A DNA stretch of 64,000 nt from Phenylobacterium sp. (GCF_025351295.1 NZ_JANXWD010000087.1:25785-89784); one strand, 5' to 3'. Shown: positions 44,293 through 54,578, counted from the stretch's first letter. A program made the numbers and translations. Notes: generated by a model from the letters alone, not told the origin.

Positions 44293-45696
44293 AGCGCGAA
44301 CCTCTACGATCTCCTGGAGAGCCGGTTTCCGGCGGATCGCTCGAAAGCCTGCTTCCTGCTGAGCGATGGCTCGGCGATCAGCTACGGCGAACTGGAGCGG
44401 GGCGCCGCCCATGTCGCGGGCCGGCTGGTCGCCGAGGGTGTCGCGCCCGGCGACCGGGTGGCGCTGCAGGCGGAGAAGTCGGCCGCGGCGATCATGGTCT
44501 ACCTGGGGGTCCTGAAGGCCGGCGCGGTCTTCCTGCCGCTGAACCCGGCCTACACGGCGAGCGAGGTCGACTACTTCCTGGGCGACGCCGAACCTAAGGT
44601 GTTCGTCACGGACCCGCCGGCCTGGGTGAGCGAGGCGGTTGACGCGGCGCCGATGGAGACGACCGTTGCACGCGGGGCCGGTGACTTGGCCTGCCTGATC
44701 TACACCTCGGGCACCACCGGCCGCTCCAAAGGGGCCATGCTGAGCCATGGCGCGCTGGCGGCCAATGCGCTCGCCCTGCACGAGGCGTGGGGCTTCACGC
44801 CCGACGACGTGCTGCTGCACGCCCTGCCGATCTTCCACGTCCATGGCCTGTTCGTGGCCCTGCACTGCGCCCTGTTGAGCGGCTGTGCGATGGTCTGGCT
44901 GCCGAAGTTCGCCGACGCCGAGGTGCTGGCGGGGCTGGACCGCGCGACGGTGATGATGGGGGTGCCGACCTTCTACACCCGCCTGGTGGCCAATCCGGGG
45001 TTCACGCGGGCCAGGGCGCAGGGCGTGCGCCTGTTCGTCTGCGGCTCCGCGCCCCTGCTGCCCTCGACCTTCGTGGAGTTCGAAGAGCGCACCGGCCAGC
45101 GCATCCTGGAGCGCTATGGGATGAGCGAGGCGGTGATCATCACCACCAACCCGCTGGCGGGCGGTCGGCTGGCCGGCTCGGTGGGCTATCCGCTGCCCGG
45201 CGTCGAGCTTCGCATCGGCGGGCCGGACCAGACGGGTGTCATTGAGATCCGGGGCCCGAGCGTGTTCTCGGGCTACTGGCAGATGCCGGAGAAGACGACC
45301 GAGGACTTCACCGGCGACGGTTTCTTCATCACCGGCGACGTCGGGCGGCGCGATCCCGACGGCCGGGTGTGGATCTCCGGGCGAGCCAAGGACCTGATCA
45401 TCTCCGGCGGCTACAACGTCTATCCGAAAGAGGTCGAGCTGGTGCTCGACGAGCTGCCGGGCGTCGCCGAGAGCGCGGTGATCGGCTGCCCCCACAAGGA
45501 CTTCGGCGAGGGCGTGGTGGCGGTGGTTATGGGGACCGGCGACGAGGCGGCCATGATCGCCGAGGCCCGCCGGCAGCTGGCGGCCTACAAGGCGCCCAAG
45601 CGGATCGTGTTCGTCGACGAACTGCCGCGCAACGCCATGGGCAAGGTGCAGAAGAACCTGCTGCGCCAACAATACGAACACTTGTTCGAGGGCTGA
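44290..45696 (+). CDS. matB: malonyl-CoA synthetase-like acyl-CoA ligase
   Basis: YTSGTTGRSKG, HALPIFHVHGL, ERYGMSE and PRNAMGK motifs. Confidence 0.85.
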   Translation: MSANLYDLLESRFPADRSKACFLLSDGSAISYGELERGAAHVAGRLVAEGVAPGDRVALQAEKSAAAIMVYLGVLKAGAVFLPLNPAYTASEVDYFLGDAEPKVFVTDPPAWVSEAVDAAPMETTVARGAGDLACLIYTSGTTGRSKGAMLSHGALAANALALHEAWGFTPDDVLLHALPIFHVHGLFVALHCALLSGCAMVWLPKFADAEVLAGLDRATVMMGVPTFYTRLVANPGFTRARAQGVRLFVCGSAPLLPSTFVEFEERTGQRILERYGMSEAVIITTNPLAGGRLAGSVGYPLPGVELRIGGPDQTGVIEIRGPSVFSGYWQMPEKTTEDFTGDGFFITGDVGRRDPDGRVWISGRAKDLIISGGYNVYPKEVELVLDELPGVAESAVIGCPHKDFGEGVVAVVMGTGDEAAMIAEARRQLAAYKAPKRIVFVDELPRNAMGKVQKNLLRQQYEHLFEG

Positions 45697-45741
45697 CAGT
45701 TCGGGCAGGGTCCCGCCCAACGAGATTGGGAGACACGGACG

Positions 45742-46512
45742 ATGGACCTGCAGCTCACGGGCAAGACCGCGGTGATCACCGGCGCGACGCGCGGGATCGG
45801 GCGGGCCATCGCCGAGTGCTTCGCCGACGAGGGCGCCCATGTGGCGATCTGCGCGCGCAACCCCGAGCAGGTGGCCGAGACGGTCAAGGCGCTGGAGGCC
45901 AAGGGCGTCAAGGCGTTCGGCGCCGTGGTGGACATCGCCGACGGGCCGGCGCTGAAGGCCTTCATCGTCGAGGCGGGTGAGACCCTAGGCGGGATCGACA
46001 TCGTGGTCTCCAACGCCAGCGCCCTGGTGCAGGGCAACGCCGAGGACGCCTGGAAGGCGATGTTCGATATCGACATGATGGGCGCCGTGCGCACCTTCGA
46101 GGCGGCGCGCCCATTCCTGGAGCAGGCGGGTCAGGCGAAGGGCGACGCCTGCTTCCTGATCACCTCGTCGATCTCGGCGGCGGAGACCGACAACCCCAAC
46201 TCCTACGGGGCCATGAAGGCCGCCCTGATCCACTTTGCGAAGGGCGTGGCCCGCGAGAACGCGCCGAAGAAGTTGCGCTGCAACGTCGTCTCGCCCGGCA
46301 CGGTGTTTTTCGAGGGTGGGGCCTGGGGCAATGTGAAGGCGGGCATGCCGGCCTTCTTCGAGCAGATGATCAAGCGCAACCCGACCGGCCGCATGGCGAC
46401 GCCGGAAGAGATCGCGGCCGCGACCGTGTTCCTGGCCAGCCCGCGCTCGGCCTTCACCACCGGCATCAACATGGTGGTCGACGGGGCGATTTCGCGGCGA
46501 GCCAACTTCTGA
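45742..46512 (+). CDS. SDR family oxidoreductase
   Basis: TGATRGIG and YGAMK motifs. Confidence 0.92.
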   Translation: MDLQLTGKTAVITGATRGIGRAIAECFADEGAHVAICARNPEQVAETVKALEAKGVKAFGAVVDIADGPALKAFIVEAGETLGGIDIVVSNASALVQGNAEDAWKAMFDIDMMGAVRTFEAARPFLEQAGQAKGDACFLITSSISAAETDNPNSYGAMKAALIHFAKGVARENAPKKLRCNVVSPGTVFFEGGAWGNVKAGMPAFFEQMIKRNPTGRMATPEEIAAATVFLASPRSAFTTGINMVVDGAISRRANF

Positions 46513-47705
46513 TGGCGGGCGCCCTCGCCGGCCTCAAGGTGCTGGACTGCACCCACGTCATCGCCGGCGCCTATTGCTCGATGGTGCTGGCCGACCTGGG
46601 CGCCGACGTCGTCAAGATCGAGCCGCCGGCGGGGGAATCCACGCGGGGCATGCGGGGCGCGGGCGGCGGGTTCCGCGCCTTCGACTACGTCAATCGCAAC
46701 AAGCGCACGGTGGCGCTTGACCTCAGCACCGAGCGCGGCGCGGACGTGGTGCGCAAGCTGGCGCTGACGGCGGACGTCTTCGTGGAGAACTACCGGCCGG
46801 GGTCGATGGACCGCATGGGCCTGGGCTATGCGCGGCTGGCGGCGATCAATCCGCGGCTGGTCTATTGCTCGGTGTCGGGGTTCGGCCTGGACGGGCCCTA
46901 TCGCGAGCGCGGCGGCTTCGACCTGGTCACCCAGGCGATGAGCGGGATCATGAGCTTCGTCGGCGAGGCGGGGAGCGACAAGCCCTGCTCGACGGCGGTG
47001 CCGATCTCCGACCTCAACGCCGGGGTGTTCGGCGCGGTGGGCGTGCTGGCGGCCCTGCAGAGCCGGCACGCCACCGGCAAGGGCCAGCACGTCGAGACCT
47101 CGCTGCTGGAGTCCGCCCTGGCCTACACGATCTGGGAGACCGGCATGTTCCTGTCGACCGGCGAGGTGGCGGAGCGCAATGGCGCGCGCCATCGGCTGGC
47201 CGCGCCCTACGAGCCGCTGAAGACGGCGGACGGCCATATCGTGGTGGGCGTCAACAGCCAGCGACTGTGGAAACGGTTCTGCGAGGCGCTGGGCGATCCG
47301 GATCTCTGCGAGGACGCCGACTTCAACTCGCCCGGCGCTCGCATGAACAACCGCGACGCGCTGCAGGCGCGGATCGAGGCGGTGCTGGCGCGCGACACGA
47401 CGGCTGAGTGGCTGCCGCGGTTCGAGGCGGTGGGCGTGCCGGCCGGACCATTGAACACCATCGCCCAGGCCTGGGACGATCCCCAGATCAAGGCGCGCGG
47501 CCTGCTGGGCGAGGCGGGCGGACGGCGGTTCGTCAAGACGCCGATCAAGCTGCACGATACGCCCGTCGAGCTCGTCCGCGGCCCGGGCGAGGTCGGTGAA
47601 CACACCCGCGAGGTGCTGGCCGAGGCCGGATACTCCGCCACCGAGATCGAGGGCCTGGTCGCCGCCGGCGTCGCGGCCACACAGCGCAAGGAGGTCGCCC
47701 AGTGA
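46512..47705 (+). CDS. CaiB/BaiF family III CoA-transferase
   Basis: LADLGADVVKIE, NRNKR, ENYRPG and GGFD motifs. Confidence 0.93.
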   Translation: MAGALAGLKVLDCTHVIAGAYCSMVLADLGADVVKIEPPAGESTRGMRGAGGGFRAFDYVNRNKRTVALDLSTERGADVVRKLALTADVFVENYRPGSMDRMGLGYARLAAINPRLVYCSVSGFGLDGPYRERGGFDLVTQAMSGIMSFVGEAGSDKPCSTAVPISDLNAGVFGAVGVLAALQSRHATGKGQHVETSLLESALAYTIWETGMFLSTGEVAERNGARHRLAAPYEPLKTADGHIVVGVNSQRLWKRFCEALGDPDLCEDADFNSPGARMNNRDALQARIEAVLARDTTAEWLPRFEAVGVPAGPLNTIAQAWDDPQIKARGLLGEAGGRRFVKTPIKLHDTPVELVRGPGEVGEHTREVLAEAGYSATEIEGLVAAGVAATQRKEVAQ

Positions 47706-48466
47706 GCGATGGGGTGAGCGGTACGGTCCACGTCGAGACGATCGGCCCGGCGGTCATGCTGCTGGAAATCGACAACCCGCCCATGAACCCGCTGGGGGTC
47801 CGGATGCGCGAGATCTTCATGGCGGCGCTGGACCAGGTGGAGCTGAACGACGACCTGCGCTGCCTGATCGTCACGGGACGGGGGCGGTCGTTCTGCGCCG
47901 GCGACGACCTCAAGAACGCCGGGCCGCAGGGCGAGGACCTGGCCGGGTTCGGCCGGCTGCTGGACCGGCTGGAGGCCACGCGGGTCCCGGTGGTGGCCGC
48001 GGTCAACGGCTGGTGCGTCGGCGGCGGCTTCGAGCTGGCGCTGTGCTGCGACATCCGCATCGCCTCGACCGAGGCGAAGTTCGTCTGCGCCGGCGTCAAC
48101 GTCGGGCTGATGGCCTCGACCTACCGGCTGCCGCGGCTGATCGGGGTGAGCCGCGCCAAGGCCATGCTGCTGACCGGCTCGCCGCACGACGCGGCCATGG
48201 CCGAGCACTACGGCCTGGTCACGGGCCTGCATGCGCCGCACGCGCTGCTGGCGGCGGCCATCGTCCTGGCCGAACGGATCGCCAGCCGCGCGCCGCTGTC
48301 GGTGGAGGCCTCCAAACGCACCGCCAACCGCGCGCCCGATCTGTCGCCGGAGGACGCCAATGCGATGCTGGGCCAGGAGCTGCGGGTGCTGCGAAAGTCC
48401 AACGATCACAAGGCCGCGGTCGCCGCCTTCCGCGAGCGCCGCGATCCGGTGTTCACGCGCAGCTAG
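47702..48466 (+). CDS. enoyl-CoA hydratase/isomerase family protein
   Basis: FCAGDD and GWCVGGGFEL motifs. Confidence 0.92.
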   Translation: MSDGVSGTVHVETIGPAVMLLEIDNPPMNPLGVRMREIFMAALDQVELNDDLRCLIVTGRGRSFCAGDDLKNAGPQGEDLAGFGRLLDRLEATRVPVVAAVNGWCVGGGFELALCCDIRIASTEAKFVCAGVNVGLMASTYRLPRLIGVSRAKAMLLTGSPHDAAMAEHYGLVTGLHAPHALLAAAIVLAERIASRAPLSVEASKRTANRAPDLSPEDANAMLGQELRVLRKSNDHKAAVAAFRERRDPVFTRS

Positions 48467-48885
48467 AGGCGCTCGGTGGCGCGGCGGCCGGCGGGGCGGA
48501 TGTCGCCCTGCAGCACCTGGCGCAGGCGGGCGATGAAGATCGGCGCGGTGGCCATCGCCACGCCCAGGATGTCGGCCGTCACCTTGATCGGCGAGATCAG
48601 CTGGCCGGTGATGCAGGGGGCGAGTTCGCTGATCAGCACCACCCAGGCCGCCACCAGGGGAACGTCGCCGCGGCGGACGAACGGCATCAGGCCATAGGCC
48701 GCCGCCGTGCCGGCGTAGAACAGCAGCAGGCGCACCAGGAAGGCGTCGGCGAGCGAGCTGAGCGACAGGGCCAGCACCGCGGCCCCCATGACGGTGGCGG
48801 CGCCCACATAGAGGGGCCGGGGCAGGCTGACGGCCCTGAGCGTGCTGGCGTTCGGTGCGATCATCTCGAGAATGACCGTAAACAT
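48463..48885 (-). CDS. small membrane protein (VanZ-like)
   Basis: Hydrophobic segments; SE and AD..G positions; start uncertain. Confidence 0.65.
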   Translation of the reverse strand: MFTVILEMIAPNASTLRAVSLPRPLYVGAATVMGAAVLALSLSSLADAFLVRLLLFYAGTAAAYGLMPFVRRGDVPLVAAWVVLISELAPCITGQLISPIKVTADILGVAMATAPIFIARLRQVLQGDIRPAGRRATERL

Positions 48886-49017
48886 CAGCCGTCACTTCAG
48901 GCTTAAGTTTCGTGGTTAGGCAGAGGTATCCAAAACCGCGCCATGCGGGTCTGACGGCCCTGCATATCCCTATGCACGCCCTTGCGCCGGCGGCCGCGAA
49001 GGCGTTCAGGAGGTCCC

Positions 49018-49836
49018 ATGGCCAAGCTGTTCTTCGACCTGCACGCAACGCACAATCCGCACCGGTGGTACCTGCCGGTGGAGCCGGCGATCTGCGTGGG
49101 GCCGCCGGGCAAGCTGTTCATGTTCGGCGGGATCGGCATGGCGTCGGCCGTCGCGGCCATGGAGCGCACCTGCGAGCGGCCGCTGATCTGGGCGACGGCG
49201 CAGTACCTGTCCTATGCGCGGCCGGGCAGCATCGTGGACATCGACGTCTGGACGCCGGTGGAGGGCAAGTACAACACCCAGGCCCGCGTCGTCAGCCACG
49301 TGGACGACAAGGAGATCATCACCGTCAACGCCGCCCTGGGCGAGCGGCCCAGCGAATTCTCGCAGCAGTGGATCCAGGCGCCGGACGCCCCGCCGCCGGA
49401 GGACTGCGACCCGGCCGAACACTGGCGCTCGGCCGACGACGGCCTGCACAGCCGCATCGAGGTACGGGTCGCCAAGGGTCGCTATGGCCGCGAGCGGGAC
49501 GGCAACCCGGAAACCGACGGCCGCTCGCTGCTGTGGATCCGGCCGCGGGAGGACTTCGCCATCGACGCCACCATGCTGGCGATCATGGCCGACTTCGTGC
49601 CCTCCGGCGTCGGCAACGCCCTGGGCAAGAACGCCGGCGGCAACAGCCTGGACAACACCCTGCGCATCCGCCGCATCGTGCCGACCGACTGGGTGCTGTG
49701 CGAGATCCGGATCATGGGCGTGCACGGCGGCTTCGCCCACGGCCAGATGTATCTCTACAGTCGCGACGGCGAGCTGATGGCCACGGCCAGCCAGTCGCTG
49801 ATCGTGCGCGTTCGGGAGCGTGCGGAGGACCACTGA
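49018..49836 (+). CDS. TesB-like acyl-CoA thioesterase
   Basis: FGG, YLSYA and SLDNTLR motifs; AGGAGG SD. Confidence 0.88.
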   Translation: MAKLFFDLHATHNPHRWYLPVEPAICVGPPGKLFMFGGIGMASAVAAMERTCERPLIWATAQYLSYARPGSIVDIDVWTPVEGKYNTQARVVSHVDDKEIITVNAALGERPSEFSQQWIQAPDAPPPEDCDPAEHWRSADDGLHSRIEVRVAKGRYGRERDGNPETDGRSLLWIRPREDFAIDATMLAIMADFVPSGVGNALGKNAGGNSLDNTLRIRRIVPTDWVLCEIRIMGVHGGFAHGQMYLYSRDGELMATASQSLIVRVRERAEDH

Positions 49837-49938
49837 TCGCATCTGCGGGCCTGCGCGCTCGCCATGTGCCGCCCGCGGTGTCAGAACCGGCAAAATAGTG
49901 CGCGGGCCGGTTCCGCGCCGGAGGAGAGTCCCCTGCGC

Positions 49939-52077
49939 ATGATCGTTCGCCCGTCCTGGCTCGCCGCGACCGCCGCCGCGGCCTTGCTCACCGCCTGTGC
50001 GACCATGACCAAGCCGGCGCCGGCGCCCGTCGCCGCCCCGGTGGCCGAGGCGCCGCCCCCAGCCCCGCCGCCGCCGCCGCCCCGGCCCAAGCCGCAGATC
50101 GGGACGTTCGGGTTCGACGTGTCGGGCATGGATACGGCGGCGGCGGCGGGCGATGACTTCTTCCGCTATGCGGCCGGCAAATGGGTCGACCGGACCGAGA
50201 TCCCGCCCGACCGCGCCAGCCTGGGCAGCTTCGTGGTGATCGCCGAAAACACCACGGCCCGGATCCGCACGATCATCGAGGACTCGGCCAGGAGCCCGTC
50301 CGCCGACGGCTCCGAGGCCCGCAAGATCGGCGACTATTTCGCCAGCTTCATGGACCAGGACCGCATCGAGCAGCTGGGCGCGGCCCCGCTAAAGCCGGAG
50401 CTGGAGCGGATCGCGGCGATCCGGACCCGCAAGGACCTGGCCTCGGTGCTGGGCGGCCAGATCCGCGCTGATGTGGACGTGCTGAACGCCACCAACTTCT
50501 ACACCGACCGCCTCTTCGGCCTGTGGGTGGCCGAGGACCTCGTCGACACCACCCAATACCGTCCCTACCTGCTGCAGGGCGGCCTGGGGATGCCGGATCG
50601 CGCGTACTACCTGGGCGCCGGCCCGCGCTATGCGGAGTTGCGCGGCAAGTACCAGGCGCACATCGCCAACATGCTGAGACTGGCCGGCTATTCCGAGCCC
50701 GAGGCGCGCGCGAAGCGGGTGTTCGACCTGGAGACGGCGATCGCCAAGGTCCACGTCTCGGTCGACCAGAGCTCGGACGTCACCAAGGGCAACACCGTCT
50801 GGATGCGCGGCGAGATCGCCAAGCGGGCGCCGGGCCTGGACTGGGACGCGTTTCTCAGCGCCGCGGGCCTGGCCGACCAGCCACGGATCGGGCCCTGGCA
50901 GGCGACGGCGATCGTGGGAACCGCGAAACTGGTGGGCAACCAGCCGATCCAGGCGTGGAAGGACTACCTCGCCTTCCACACCCTCGAGCGGGGCGCGCCG
51001 TTACTGCCCAAGGCGTTCGTCGATGAGAGCTTCGCCTTCAACGGGCTGGCCATGACGGGGACGCCGCAGCAGCGGGAGCGATGGAAGCGCGGCGTCGACT
51101 ACACGTCCGGCGCCCTAGGCGAGGCGATCGGCAAGCTCTACGTCGAGCGCTATTTCTCGCCCGAGGCGAAGGCCCAGGCCCGGCAGATCGCCGACAACAT
51201 CCTGGCCGCCTTCGCCCGGCGCCTGGACCGGGTGGCGTGGATGAGCCCGGAGACCAAGGCCCAGGCCAAGCGCAAGCTGGCGAACTTCCACGTCATGGTC
51301 GGCTATCCCGACACGTGGCGCGACTATTCGGGCCTCTCCGTCGTGCGCGGCGACGCCTATGGCAACTGGCAGCGCGCCGGCCTGTTCGAATACCGACGCG
51401 ACCTCGCCAAGCTGGGCCAGCCGGTGGACCGCAACGAGTGGTTCATGACGCCGCAGACGGTGAACGCCCTGTTCGCCCCCAGCCAGAACTCGGTGACCTT
51501 CCCGGCGGCGATCCTGGCCCCGACCTTCTTCGATCCCAACGCCGACGCCGCGGTGAACTATGGCGCGGTGGGCGGGGTGCTGGGCCATGAGGTCAGCCAC
51601 GGCTTCGACGACACCGGCTCGCAGTTCGACGAGAACGGCAACCTGCGCAACTGGTGGACCGACGCCGACATGGCCCACTTCAAGGCGGAGACCAAGAAGC
51701 TGGCCGACCAGTACAGCGCCTATGAGCCGCTGCCCGGCCTGCACATCAACGGCCAGCAGGTGCTGGGCGAGAACATCGCCGACGTGGCGGGCGTGGCCAC
51801 GGCCTACGATGCCTACCGGATCTCGCTGCAGGGCGCGCCGGCGCCGGTGGTCGACGGCTTCACGGCCGACCAGCGGTTCTTCCTGGCCTGGGCACAGAAC
51901 TACCGCACCAAGTACCGCGAGGCGGCGCTGCGCCGGCAGGTGGTGACCGACGTCCACGCCACCGCGCCCTGGCGGGCGCTGACCGTGCGCAATCTGGACG
52001 CCTGGTACCCGGCGTTCGATGTGAAGCCGGGGCAGAGGCTGTACCTGGCCCCCGCCGACCGGGTGAAGATCTGGTAG
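49939..52077 (+). CDS. M13 family zinc metallopeptidase (lipoprotein)
   Basis: Lipobox LLTAC; VNA; HEVSH; GENIAD. Confidence 0.95.
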   Translation: MIVRPSWLAATAAAALLTACATMTKPAPAPVAAPVAEAPPPAPPPPPPRPKPQIGTFGFDVSGMDTAAAAGDDFFRYAAGKWVDRTEIPPDRASLGSFVVIAENTTARIRTIIEDSARSPSADGSEARKIGDYFASFMDQDRIEQLGAAPLKPELERIAAIRTRKDLASVLGGQIRADVDVLNATNFYTDRLFGLWVAEDLVDTTQYRPYLLQGGLGMPDRAYYLGAGPRYAELRGKYQAHIANMLRLAGYSEPEARAKRVFDLETAIAKVHVSVDQSSDVTKGNTVWMRGEIAKRAPGLDWDAFLSAAGLADQPRIGPWQATAIVGTAKLVGNQPIQAWKDYLAFHTLERGAPLLPKAFVDESFAFNGLAMTGTPQQRERWKRGVDYTSGALGEAIGKLYVERYFSPEAKAQARQIADNILAAFARRLDRVAWMSPETKAQAKRKLANFHVMVGYPDTWRDYSGLSVVRGDAYGNWQRAGLFEYRRDLAKLGQPVDRNEWFMTPQTVNALFAPSQNSVTFPAAILAPTFFDPNADAAVNYGAVGGVLGHEVSHGFDDTGSQFDENGNLRNWWTDADMAHFKAETKKLADQYSAYEPLPGLHINGQQVLGENIADVAGVATAYDAYRISLQGAPAPVVDGFTADQRFFLAWAQNYRTKYREAALRRQVVTDVHATAPWRALTVRNLDAWYPAFDVKPGQRLYLAPADRVKIW

Positions 52078-52082
52078 GCGCC

Positions 52083-52895
52083 GCGCCCGCCATCGTCGCG
52101 GTCGACGACCCCGACGACCCGCGCCTGGAGCCCTACCGGGCCGTCCGCGAGCGCGACTTGGCGGGTCGCGACGGGCTCTACATGGCAGAGGGCCGTGTGG
52201 TGCTGGAGAAGGCCATCGCCGCCGATCCGGGCGCCGTGGTCTCGGTGCTGATCGCGGCGCATCGGGCGGAGAGCCTGGCGGGCCTGCTGGCCGGCCTGGC
52301 GCCGGGCGCGGCGGTCTATGCGGCCGGCCAGGCGGCCATGGACCGGGTGGTGGGTTTCCCGATCCATCGCGGCGTCCTGGCGCTGGTGCGACGCCCCGAG
52401 CGGTCGGCGGAGGCGCTGCTGGCCGGCCTGCCCGCGCGGGCGCTGGTGGTGGGGCTGGTCGGGATCGCCAACCACGACAACATGGGCGGGATCTTCCGCA
52501 ACGCCGCGGCGTTCGGCGCGGACGCCGTGCTGCTGGACGCCACCTGCTGCGACCCCCTCTATCGCAAGGCCATCCGGGTCAGCGTCGGCGCAGTGCTGAC
52601 CACGCCGTTCGCCCGGGTGGGCGACGCGGCGAACCTGATGGCGATGCTGGAGGCGGCCGGCGTCCCGGCCGTCGCCCTGTCGCCGCGCGGCGAGACCGAA
52701 CTGCGCGCCTTCGAGCCCGGCCCGCGGGTAGCCGTGCTGCTGGGAGCCGAGGGGCCGGGACTGCCCGCGGCGGTGCTGGCGCGAGCGCGATCGGTGCGGA
52801 TCGACATGGCCGGACGCTTCGATTCGCTCAATGTGGCGACCACCAGCGGCATCGTTCTGCATCACCTGGCCGCACACTGGAACGCCGGGGTCTAA
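52083..52895 (+). CDS. TrmH/SpoU family RNA methyltransferase (start codon unclear)
   Basis: NHDNMGGIFR, LLGAEGPG and DSLNVA motifs; family-like sequence extends upstream of the first canonical start at 52158. Confidence 0.85.
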   Translation, partial: APAIVAVDDPDDPRLEPYRAVRERDLAGRDGLYMAEGRVVLEKAIAADPGAVVSVLIAAHRAESLAGLLAGLAPGAAVYAAGQAAMDRVVGFPIHRGVLALVRRPERSAEALLAGLPARALVVGLVGIANHDNMGGIFRNAAAFGADAVLLDATCCDPLYRKAIRVSVGAVLTTPFARVGDAANLMAMLEAAGVPAVALSPRGETELRAFEPGPRVAVLLGAEGPGLPAAVLARARSVRIDMAGRFDSLNVATTSGIVLHHLAAHWNAGV

Positions 52896-52918
52896 ATCCG
52901 GGCGCGTTCGCGAGATCC

Positions 52919-52989
52919 GGAGACCTTCGACGGCGGGTGTGGGCGCCGGGGGGTACTGCGAAGGTCTCCGGTCCCTCTCGCTGAGAGGG
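52919..52989. terminator. two hairpins between convergent genes
   Basis: GGAGACCTTCG/CGAAGGTCTCC 11-bp IR (52919-52969) and CCCTCTC-GCT-GAGAGGG (52973-52989); no clear U-tract. Confidence 0.4.
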
Positions 52990-53790
52990 TCAGGCGGCGC
53001 GGCCGAACTCCACGGCCGAGACCACCACGTTCATGACCGTGTCGCGGAAGGCGACGACGCCGCGTTCGCCCTGGGCGGCGCCGGCGGCGACCATCAAGGG
53101 CAGCAGATGTTCCTCGCGCGGGTGGGCGTCGCGGCCGTAGGGGGCCTGGTCCCAGTGGGCCAGGGCGGCGTCGCGGCGGGCCGGGTCGGCGACCGCGCCC
53201 TCCAGCCAGGCGTCGAAGGTGATCGAGCGCTCGGTGAAGTCCGGCGTGAAGCCGGCCATGTTGTGCCAACTCATGCCGGAGCCGACGATCAGCACGCCTT
53301 CGTCGCGCAGCGGGGCCAGTGCCCGGCCGGCGGCCAGGTGGGCCTCGGCGTCCAGTCCCGCCTTCAGCGACAGCTGGACGACCGGGATGTCGGCGTCCGG
53401 CGTGATCAGCTTCAGCGGCACGAAGACGCCGTGGTCCCAGCCATGCTCGGCGTCCTCGCCGGCGGCGATGCCGGCGTCGGCCAGCAGCCGGCGGACGCGG
53501 CGCGCCAGGCCGGGGGACCCGGGGGCGCCGAACTCTAGCCGATAGGTAAACTCCGGAAAGCCGTAGTAGTCGAACTCCAGCGCGGGCCATTGGGCCGTGC
53601 CGACGGTGAACTGCGGCGCCTCCCAGTGGCCGGAGACGATCAGGATCGCCTTGGGCCGCTCGGGCAGGCTGGCGACCAGGCCGCGTAGATAGTCCGCGGT
53701 GCGGTCCCAGGTGTCGGCCGGACCCCTCTGCCACTCCATGAAGAAGCAGGGCCCCGCGCCGTGGGGGAGGTAGACGGTGGGCAGGGTCAT
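52990..53790 (-). CDS. DODA-type (LigB family) extradiol ring-cleavage dioxygenase
   Basis: LPHGAGP, SGHW, WDHG, GSGMSWHN and HPREEH motifs. Confidence 0.92.
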   Translation of the reverse strand: MTLPTVYLPHGAGPCFFMEWQRGPADTWDRTADYLRGLVASLPERPKAILIVSGHWEAPQFTVGTAQWPALEFDYYGFPEFTYRLEFGAPGSPGLARRVRRLLADAGIAAGEDAEHGWDHGVFVPLKLITPDADIPVVQLSLKAGLDAEAHLAAGRALAPLRDEGVLIVGSGMSWHNMAGFTPDFTERSITFDAWLEGAVADPARRDAALAHWDQAPYGRDAHPREEHLLPLMVAAGAAQGERGVVAFRDTVMNVVVSAVEFGRAA

Positions 53791-53853
53791 CTTAGGCAAA
53801 CTCCTGGGACCTCTCCGCGGGGGAGCGGAGGGCGGAAACTAGGCGGCCTTGCA

Positions 53854-53984
53854 CCTACCCCCTCTGGGAGAAGTGGCCCGACAACCGAAGGTCGAGGGTC
53901 GATGGGGGAGGTGATCCTCGTCTGACACTTCCCCCATTGTCGCCCGCCTTCGGCTTTGGCGAAATTTCCCCCAAAGGGGGAAGG
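53854..53984. repeat. degenerate hairpin doublet element
   Basis: Arms 53854-53910 and 53929-53984 are imperfect inverted copies. Confidence 0.75.
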
Positions 53985-54002
53985 CGAGATGGCGTCCGGA
54001 CG

Positions 54003-54578
54003 TCACGCGGCCTTGGCGGCCGGGGCGTCGTCGAGGATCTTTTCGATCCAGGCGGCGAAGGCCGCGCCATAGGCGCGCAGGAACTCGCGGGTGCCTTCGT
54101 TGATCAGTTCGCCGTGCTCGTCGAACAGGGCGAACGCGCCGCCGATGTAGGCTTCCTGGCTGAGCAGGGGCACGTTCAGGAACACCAGCGACTGGCGCAG
54201 GTGGTGGTTGGCGCCGAAGCCGCCGATCGCGCCGGGGGAAACGCTGATCACCGCGCCCGGCTTGCCGTTCCAGGCGCTGGCGCCGTAGGGGCGCGAGCCG
54301 ACGTCGACCGCGTTCTTCAGCACGCCGGGGACCGAGCGGTTGTATTCCGGCGTCACGAACAGAACCGCGTCGTGCGCGGCGATCTCGTTGCGGAAGCGGA
54401 CCCACGGGGCCGGCGGCGCGGATTCGAGGTCCTGGTCGAACAGCGGCAGGTCGCCGATATCGACGATGTCGAACTTGAGGCCGGGGGTCAGGGCGGCGAA
54501 GGCCTTGGCAAGCTTGCGGCTGACGGAGTCCTTGCGAAGCGAGCCGACGACGACTGCGACCGAGCGGGGTTGGGACAT
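54003..54578 (-). CDS. NADPH-dependent FMN reductase
   Basis: GSLR, TPEYN and LKNAVD motifs. Confidence 0.93.
   Translation of the reverse strand: MSQPRSVAVVVGSLRKDSVSRKLAKAFAALTPGLKFDIVDIGDLPLFDQDLESAPPAPWVRFRNEIAAHDAVLFVTPEYNRSVPGVLKNAVDVGSRPYGASAWNGKPGAVISVSPGAIGGFGANHHLRQSLVFLNVPLLSQEAYIGGAFALFDEHGELINEGTREFLRAYGAAFAAWIEKILDDAPAAKAA

Noticed and set aside
5628-53984. Recurrent hairpin repeats as a CRISPR array
   Set aside because: Dispersed, variable in sequence, no regular repeat-spacer periodicity, no cas genes.
53839-54017. GCGGCCTTG on both sides of the 53854 element as a target-site duplication
   Set aside because: The copies do not abut the element ends, and one is simply the AKAA-stop end of the reductase.
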